Assembly (NCBI GenBank): GCA_907165135.1
Contig: OU015570.1
Span: 1,488,001 to 1,552,000, forward strand
Direction of reading: 5' to 3'
DNA from: Oikopleura dioica
Taxonomy: Eukaryota; Animalia; Chordata
Length of the DNA stretch: 64,000 bases
A program made the position numbers and the translations under genes. Each line of letters starts with the position of its first letter. Within the stretch, counting starts at the first letter, position 1. The notes below the pieces were generated by a model. The model made no database searches, was not told the DNA's origin, and saw only the letters and a program-made list of their open reading frames with translations. Below, piece by piece: positions 56,336-64,000 of the stretch.

Positions 56336-59013
56336 TCAAAGCACCTGATCTTCGACATTCGTGTTCTTGGCATTTGTTTGAAGAATCTTCAAGCAGACCT
56401 TTTTAAACTCGGCGGCAGTGACATATTGTCTGAGTTTTTTCGTCGTGACGATTTTGATTCGATTTCTTTTTGGATTCGCAGTGTATCCTGAGAGAGACGA
56501 AAACTCTCTCTCAATCTCACTTGAGGAGAGTGGGCACGACAGAACCTAAAATAAGAAAGTAAAAAAATGTTTAACTCGGATAAAATTACTTTTGTTGCCA
56601 CTTTGGCAAGCCGAGGAAATCGTGAGATGATTCCTGGATCGGTCCAAAAATTTCTCATTGAGATCGAGGCAAAATGCATGTGTTCTTCTGTGACTTTTCC
56701 TTCAGAAGGGCGATAAAAATCATCGCGAGAGACGGTTGTTTGGTATTTTTTGATTTCTTTTTCGATACCTTATTACATATTGGTACTTGAAAGGGAAAAA
56801 TTTGTTACCTTGAGTGATATCAAGTTCATTCGCTTCTTCAACGATGTCAAAGTCATCGACATGGTTTGCTCGCTGACTATCTCGAAGGAGAGGTTCATTT
56901 TGCGAGTCATCAGGCTCCATGAGTTTGTAAAGTTCTTCGCAGGCACTGACAGCGTGTCTTTCCCATTTGAGAACGGCTTTTGCAATATTTTTTCCGTTCT
57001 CTTTGTAGAAGACATCTTGAGAGGACAGCAAATGGTTTACAAGATTCGAGAAGCGAACCTTTTTGCATGGAGGATAAAGTAAATTTGCAACAAGATTCGC
57101 TTCAGTTGATCGACAAGGATCATTGCGAGAGAACTTCTCCCCGTTTTTGACGAATGATTCGAAGAACATGTTCGATATTTTGCTGAATGCCGCCTTGGAA
57201 AGTTTTGCCATATGAGCCTAGAGAAGGTTTCTGTTTGAGATCATCTCATTTTTTTTACCTTTGTGTCAGCGTCTGTAATTCCTTCTGTCATGGTGGAGAG
57301 TTTAATCATGAGCCGCTCAAGAAGTGGAAATCCATCAGGGAGTGCTGCGCTTGTAGATTCACAGGCGCGAATGAACTCAAGAAGAAGCGTTGCAACTCTC
57401 GCGAAGCTTTCAACATAACCCCAGGATGGCAGCTCACAGCCGTCGAGAAGGTAGTGGAATTTGTGGTCGGGTTTCGAGAGTTCGATAAGTTTTTCTTTCC
57501 AAAAATAGACGACTTTGTACTGCTCGCTCAGCAAATTCCATCTTATTCCGTTTGTGCTCTGAATAAGAATCAAAAAGCGTCTCTATGAAAAAACTAACCG
57601 GTATAAGTGGAAAGGTCTCTCGATTGGACTTTGGATCGAGCTCGCGCCATTTTTTCTTATCAGAGTCGGTCATCGTTTCCTTCCAAAAGAAATCTCTCAA
57701 GGATCTGGGAGCTTCCGGAGAAAGCTTCAATCGTCGTGCTGCTTCCGGAGTCAGCCTTTTCTTTTGAAAAAGCAGAAAATTAGCGAAGGACTCGTGAGTT
57801 GTCGGTTCCATTCCAAAGAACTCTTCGCTATATTCTTGAAGTTGTTGTCCAGCTCTGTTGAATCTGAAAATCGATATAGTATTTTTAATAAAAATGGATA
57901 AAAATTACGTGTGAGCGTAGCAAATAACTCCAAGATGTGAGATAGTAGAAACGACACAATCTTCGGCAGCATCCGCTACGAACGGAATCAGGGACACTTT
58001 GTGCTCAGGAACACCAATCTTCAGAAGAGCTTCGCTTTAAAAAGTTTTTAAGAGTCATAACTTCTCGATAAAACCTACGTTGTCATGTCGATCAAGACAT
58101 CGGAACTCTGACTCTCTGTTGGATCATATCCAACTAGGTAGCTCTTTCGCTTCCGAGTGTCTGGATCTGTCGCCGACAACAATGTTCCATGCGCTTTATC
58201 CTCGAAATCTGAGGTTTTTTGTCCGAGATGTTTATCATCAGTTTCAGCGGAAACATGATTTGTTTCCAGGAGCTCTGAAATATATTAAAACCTTTTCGAT
58301 TCTTTAAACTTCAACCTGGGATGTGTTCACGAAGAAACTGTTCCATTTCCTCTGATGATTTTTCGTATTCCTTTTTCGCGTAGTAAGCAGACGGTACGAG
58401 GCTATTGAATGATTCTTTAGAGGTGGCGCCCGCTTCAGATCCCTTCTCATAATAGAATTGGAGAAGTTCCTTTAGTGATTCACTAAATAACCAGTTTTTA
58501 AGAGAATTTTTAAAAGCCTTATCACCTCTCCAAGAATTTGATTGGAACTTGACATTTCGCTCCGACTTTAGCGAAATGCTTCGCAGCTTCGATCTTCTCC
58601 GATTTGTCGTGAAGTTTAGGTCGCTTCACAAAGTTAGCGATTCCAAGCTGTCCTGGAGTTACTCTCCGTCGCTCATCCCTTCGTTCCGGATTATGACATG
58701 AGTTTATATGTCGAACGACTTTAAATTTTGTTCGAATTTAAAAATAACTAGAATAAAACGTACCATTATAAAGCTTGAGGCTTTTCGATTCTGGGTACCA
58801 AGCTAGAATGGGCGCGTTGTCTGATGAGCAGGGGCCAGAGCAGACAATTTGCCCATTCCATTGTTCTTCTTGGATTACTTTCTTGAATTCCAGATGACTT
58901 TGCCAGTGCTTTACTTCTGTTATATCAGTAATGATTGCATCAAGATCCGGATAGGCACCCGGTGGGATGAGTTCGAGGCGATCATTCGGCGACAATTTTC
59001 TCTTTTTTGACAT
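56336..59013 (-). CDS. hAT transposase, 10 exons, 764 aa (predicted splice model)
   Basis: Exons 59013-58764, 58718-58526, 58482-58316, 58274-58079, 58034-57909, 57863-57599, 57558-57259, 57217-56809, 56768-56590, 56545-56336 (2295 nt, phase-consistent, all GT-AG). BED-type finger (CSGPC...NVVRHINSCH), FVADAA, CYAH, IRWN, FPRLAKVATKVLSCPLSSSEIEREFS..RNR. Confidence 0.9.
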
Positions 59014-59431
59014 TTATTTCTCTTTCAACAAATTGATGTGAATCGGACAATCAGAATCGAAATAATGAGAAAAAGTCTTTTTGCTCATTCGAAAATATCG
59101 CATCTAGAGAAAACTTTTCTCTTATTCTCGAAAAGAGAAAAAACTCGCTTGTTTATTTCTTCATTTTCTATGTAAAAAGAGGCCCTTTTCAGTGTAAAAT
59201 AAGTCCCATTTCTGTGTAAAATAAGTCCCTTTTCTGTGTAAAATAAGTCCTTTTTCTATGTAAAATATGTCCCTTTTCTGTGTAAAATAAGTCCTCAGTC
59301 TATGTAAATTACGTCCCAAGCACTTTCTCTTCGACTAAAAGTTTTTTCCAGATTTGATTATCATTTCGAGAATTGAAGTAGTCACTTTGACAAGATCAGA
59401 GAAATCAGACGTCAGAAGAAGACAAGAGAAA

Positions 59432-60148
59432 ATGCCCCGCGCTGACAAAAAAGTCCGAATTCAATGGTAAAATTTTCACGAAAAAAAAGTGATAATAACT
59501 ATTTTCAGCGGCGTAGGAAGCTGCGGAAAAAAGCTCCTGAGAGGCTCATTTGATCGACATTTCAAAGAAACGCACAAAGACTTGGACTACAAAAAGAGAA
59601 ACGACTACATCAAGTTTCAGCTTGAAAAGATTCCACGCACTCTTATTGGCTACCGATCCGTAAAATTGGACGAAAAAGATTTCTTTAGCTCTAAAATCAT
59701 GAAATTGTTTAAAGGTAATTTTTGTCATCTTTTCATTTAAATCAAAGCTTGAATCTAGACGGAAGCAGCAAACAGATAAAACTGCGCCAGATCAAAAAAG
59801 AAGAGAACAAAAAGCTTTTGAGAAAATACATCTTCTCCGCACGAAAAAGAGCTTTTGCTCGAAAAGATCGACAAAAGCTTCGTACCTACAATATATTCGC
59901 ACATCGCTATTTCTATGAGGAACAATTGTATATTGATCCCATTTACGAAAAAGAGGATGGTTTTGAATGGTTATTCATATTTTACTTGCATTTATAAAAC
60001 AATTTTTAGTGAGCTATTCACCGGCGATTGCAACGAAGACAAAATCAACGAGTGCCGACAATGCGAAAAAAGCGTCTGTTTGAATTGCTGGAAGAAGTCT
60101 TGTGCGCCAAATTTTACCTGTCCATTTTGCCGAAATCCCCATTTCTAA
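59432..60148 (+). CDS. Passenger gene inside hAT: C2H2-type finger + RING-like Cys domain, 4 exons, 196 aa (predicted splice model)
   Basis: Exons 59432-59466, 59509-59714, 59759-59969, 60010-60148 (591 nt, GT-AG introns of 42, 44 and 40 nt). CGVGSC-x11-HFKETH; CELFTGDC-x7-CRQC-x4-CLNC-x10-CPFCR. Confidence 0.8.
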
Positions 60149-61118
60149 AGATAAAATTTTTAATTGATAAATAAATACAGCGAAAAACTGAAAAAAACGA
60201 TTTCTATGGTAAGAATTAACCGCCCCGGGAGGGTGAGCGGGCGGGCGCGGGAGGGTGCCCGCGCACATCCGCCCATCCAAAAATCTGGCCTTTGCGTGCC
60301 CGCTCCCATCCGCCCTTCCAAAAAAATGGACCCTTCGCGCCCGCGCTCGTCCGACCATCCGATTCTCAGGCTTTTTTCAAACACTGGGTTCGACGCGGGC
60401 GGCGTGAGTTCGAGTCCCGCTACAGCATCATTCTTACCCATTCAGGCTCAAGTTATTTTGAAATTTTATCTAAGGTTTTAGAATTTCTACCTTCGACAAG
60501 CTTTAGATTTTTTGCGCAGATTCTTAAGAATTAAGAATAATTTCTTATTTATTCAATTTATTGTTTATTAAGTTTTTTTAATTTTTTTTATATTCAAGTT
60601 TAATTTTTATGACATCTTTCATATTATTACGTAATAACACCACCACTCAGACAAAACACCCCCATTTATCATTACTTTAATTGAGTGTGCTCTGAAGCAA
60701 AAGTAAGAAAGAGGTGAGGACTTTTTAGGCTAGCACAAGAGCACCCGCGTGCGGCAAAGGGCAGGTATCCATATATGGATACCTCGATTTTTTCGGGGCA
60801 ATGCATTGAAATCATCGGTACCAAAAAAGAGAATTAAAAAGTATCACTCTTTACGAACTCTAGATAAAACACAAGACATCCCGCAGTCGAAAAATAGGGG
60901 CTGAGAGGACCCGGAATCAGCAGCCCCGGGCGACCTTAATTCGTCAAACTCGTCAGACTCGTCAGACTCGTCAATTTCGTCAAACAAAGGGTCCAAAATT
61001 ATTTAAAAAAAAGAATTCGTCAAACTCGTCAGACTTGTTTTGATATATATTGATTCTAGAAATCTTTCCCTGAGTTCAATAAACAATCGGAGTTTTCTAC
61101 CACTTCACCCGCGCTTAA

Positions 61119-61539
61119 CCCTTTGCGTGACGATCAGAACTACCCCTATGCGTGACGCGGGTGCATTCAGTGCACCCGGCCCATCTAGAACATTTTTTCG
61201 CTCTTTTTTGCCATTTTCGAAGAAAACCAGCCCAAATTCGCTGTTGTTATTGTCTCCGAAACCGGGATACCCCCTTCTTCGGCGGCGAAAGGGGCTCAAA
61301 GTTACGTAACTTGCATCAAAATAGCTGTTCTCGAGACGAAAAATAGCAAAATTACGACATTTTTTACGTTTTGAGCTTACTAGAGAAGATTTTTTCAAAA
61401 TGTTACGATGCAGGTTGGACGTGTTTCTTGACGGTGATTCTTATTCTTTTTAAATTTTTGAATTCAGGCGAAAATTGATAGAGAAATGGACAAAGAACCT
61501 TGAGCGGGTGCACTAAGTGCACCCGCGTCACGCATAGGG
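61119..61539. mobile_element. piggyBac-type MITE
   Basis: TTAA|CCCTTTGCGTGACG...CGTCACGCATAGGG|TTAA; inverted copy of 37785-38202. Confidence 0.85.
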
Positions 61540-61838
61540 TTAATCAATGAATTTCATTGAATGAAAGACGTTCAGAGAAAAGCTTTATTTGTAAAACATA
61601 CTTGATGATTATTCAATGATTTTTGTTGTTACTTTGACCGAAAAAATTGCCGATACCTATGTACACTATGTATACTACGTATACTAAACAATAGTATAGA
61701 AAATCGAAATTCGAAGAAATGTCTTCAAGATCTACTTTAATGAGCCTGCTGAATATATCTTTCCTGGACATAACATTGATCTCTTTTTTTTAGAAAAATT
61801 ATCAATATCAGCATCAAAATAACAACACTGTCACGAAA

Positions 61839-63099
61839 GGTGTTTCCTTACACCGACCATATCCTTACACCGACCAAATCCTTACACCGACCAAAATCCT
61901 TACACCGACCATTTTCAGAGTTTGGTCGATGTAAGGAATTGGTCGGTGTAAGAATTTGGTCGGTGTAAGGAAATCCGTAACGAAATATTTTCTCAGACAT
62001 AAAATGAGAGAGTGGTCGCAGAGAACTTATTAGTCGACCCCCCACTGAGCAAAATTTTTCGGAAATTTTTTTTTTCTCTTTTGATGATGGAAAGTTGGAG
62101 GCATTACATAATTATATTATTAAATAATTGAAGGCAATAAAGCGGATCTGATGTCCAAAAATCGAAATAATTCTGAAAATGGCTGTTCAGCCAAAAACTC
62201 TCGCGGCCACCTTACAAAAATTTTTGCAACGTCCCCGCCCTACACCGGTTGTAGGTGGTCATGTGGGTACCGGTACCCCTGTTCGCTCACTGTCTTGAAT
62301 GTGGGTACCAGTACCCACGATAGTTCTCTTCACTGAGCGTGGGTACCGGTACCCACGGTCACTTTTGTTGGCTAACGTGGGTACCCTTTTTCGTCAATAT
62401 ATTTTCTAGAAAGAAAAATCATGATTGTGTTTATACCGATAGAAGGCTTTTCCCCATTTAAAATCGGTCGTAGAGAAAGAATCTCATATCAAAAACGGTT
62501 TAAGCGACAGATGAACAAAAACAAATGGAGGAGTGTCCGCTCCGCGGATGGATTATAAGAAAACTCATGCCTTGGTCAAGCCACATTTTTGCAGTTTTCT
62601 CATTTCTAGAGCTGATTTATTTTCGAAAAGCTTGGTACCCACGTTAGCCGAGAATGCTGAACGTGGGTACCGGTACCCACGTTCGAAGAGAGAGTCGAAT
62701 GTGGGTATGGTACCCACATGACCGCATACCACCCCTACACCCTCACAAAGATGCTCTAAATGCGGAGGTTTGAGTCTTGAAACGGCCTTTTTCAGCATTA
62801 TTGCGATTTTCGGTCTTCAGACCCGCCTTAAATAAATTACCCCAACTCTCCATAATAAATAGAAAAAAAAATTCTCCGAAAATTTCCGCTTGGTGGGGGT
62901 CGACTAAAAACTTTTTCTGTGACCACTCTTTCAGTTTTCGTCTTTGAAAATATTTTGTCGCAAATTTCCTTACACCGACCAAATCCTTACACCGACCAAA
63001 ATCCTTACACCGACCATTTTCAGAATTGGGTCGGTGTAAGGAATTGGTCGGTGTAAGGATTTGGTCGGTGTAAGGATATGGTCGGTGTAAGGAAACACC
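61839..63099. mobile_element. Mutator-type non-autonomous element (9-bp TSD)
   Basis: GTCACGAAA|GGTGTTTCCTTACACCGACC...GGTCGGTGTAAGGAAACACC|GTCACGAAA; subterminal CCTTACACCGACC arrays at both ends. Confidence 0.85.
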
Positions 63100-63624
63100 G
63101 TCACGAAATTCTAAAAACCTGAATTCGTCAAACTCGTTAGACTTGTCAAATGATCTGACGAGTCTGACGAGTTTGACGAATTTAGGCTCAACCGAATAAT
63201 ATAAGTTTTTTCAAGTGACATTGCAACTTTCAGATATTGAATAGAAGTTGAAAGAAAGTGGCCTTAAAATGGATTTTTGTGGATGACAGATTTTGGTGAT
63301 TTTCCGAAAAAGTGGCCTTAAAAGGGCCGGCCTTAAAATGGGTTCTCACTGTAGTTATCCAGGCAACTTCTGTAGTAGCTTTATTGTTCAGTTAATGTTT
63401 TCTAATGCTTTTCAATTTTAATTTAAGTCCGATATCGCTCGGAACTATCATTCTAAACTCCCAACTTCTTCATTCTTCTCTGTTCTCTCTAACACTCACT
63501 GTACTTGGCCACATTCCTTTATTTACTGTACTGCCGAACATGCACGAAATTTTCAATATATTATATATACTTGCCTCAAAAATTGATTCTTTTTCATCCA
63601 CAGAATGTGATTTAAAACAAGAAA

Positions 63625-64000
63625 ATGAGTTTGCGACAAAAAATGTTGCCAAAGTCGGGCCTTATTCGAAATGATTTATACGCAGTTTGCTTCTTGCTCC
63701 TGCTCTACTTTCTCCAGGGCGTTCCTTTAGGTCTCGGCGCGTCTATCCCCCTTCTCCTGCAAAAGGCGGGCGTGACCTATGCGCAGCAAGCCGTTTTCAC
63801 CTTTGCGGGTTATCCCTTTTCTTTCAAATTTCTCTGGGCAGGCTTGGTCGATTCGGTTTATTTTTACCGCATTGGGCGGCGCAAATCCTGGCTTTTTCCA
63901 GTCCAGCTCCTGATCGGCACTTTTCTCCTCTTCCTCTCTGCAAGAATCGATTCTGTTATGGAAAACAAGCAGGTCGTTCCACTGGCGGTTTGTTTCTTCA
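63625..64000 (+). CDS. SLC33A1: Acetyl-CoA transporter 1 (MFS, SLC33A1 family), 5' part, runs off the window
   Basis: MSLRQKMLPKSGLIRNDLYAVCFLLLLYFLQGVPLGLGASIPLLLQ...YPFSFKFLWAGLVDSVYFYRIGRRKSWLFPVQ matches the family motifs LYxLQGIPLGL and PFSLKLLWAPLVD...GRRKSW. Confidence 0.9.
   Translation, partial: MSLRQKMLPKSGLIRNDLYAVCFLLLLYFLQGVPLGLGASIPLLLQKAGVTYAQQAVFTFAGYPFSFKFLWAGLVDSVYFYRIGRRKSWLFPVQLLIGTFLLFLSARIDSVMENKQVVPLAVCFF

Larger units (their letters stand above)
55877..60386. mobile_element. Autonomous-looking hAT transposon (4510 bp)
   Basis: Perfect 16-bp TIR CAGTGTTTGAAAAAAG; 8-bp TSD GGTTCGAC (55869-55876, 60387-60394); single-copy empty site in the paralogue near 38855-38862. 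Confidence 0.95.
54773..63351. mobile_element. Possible composite TA-flanked element hosting nested insertions
   Basis: TA|CAGTGAAAACCCATTTTAGGGCCG ... CGGCCTTAAAATGGGTTCTCACTG|TA (24 bp, 2 mismatches). Pairing could be coincidental because other ends of this family occur nearby. Confidence 0.5.

Noticed and set aside
58820-58850. CTGATGA as a second hammerhead
   Set aside because: No stem II followed by GAAA; it lies within a transposase exon.
60387-60428. tRNA gene
   Set aside because: Only a B-box/T-arm-like piece; no A-box, D-arm or acceptor stem.
61839-61975. CRISPR-like array
   Set aside because: Repeats are abutting with no unique spacers, are mirrored at 62966-63099, and the context is eukaryotic.
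1-64000. Prokaryotic interpretation (operons, defence systems)
   Set aside because: Spliceosomal introns, LTR/env elements and metazoan TE superfamilies; no bacterial gene organisation.

Overview
Eukaryotic, AT-rich, transposon-dense DNA. Host identity is inferred, not verified: the 40-45 nt GT-AG introns and env-bearing Ty3/Gypsy elements point to a larvacean tunicate such as Oikopleura. Main contents: (1) a >=908-codon intronless minus-strand ORF running off the left edge, missed by the ORF track; (2) a complete, very young 11.9-kb Gypsy-type LTR element (11092-22982, minus strand; identical 208-bp LTRs, TGAA TSD, tRNA-Leu PBS) with gag, pol, env and an unexpected fourth ORF encoding a J-domain-like HPD motif plus a charged single-alpha-helix repeat; (3) an apparently intact 4510-bp hAT transposon (16-bp TIRs, 8-bp TSD) with a 10-exon, 764-aa transposase and a divergent spliced passenger gene (C2H2 plus RING-like finger); (4) a Penelope-like GIY-YIG fragment with a minimal hammerhead ribozyme; (5) degraded Gypsy and MULE remnants, and many nested MITEs with TTAA, TA and 9-bp TSDs, several with empty-site paralogues in the window; (6) the 5' part of a host SLC33A1 (acetyl-CoA transporter) gene at the right edge. 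All annotations were made by eye; no database searches were run.
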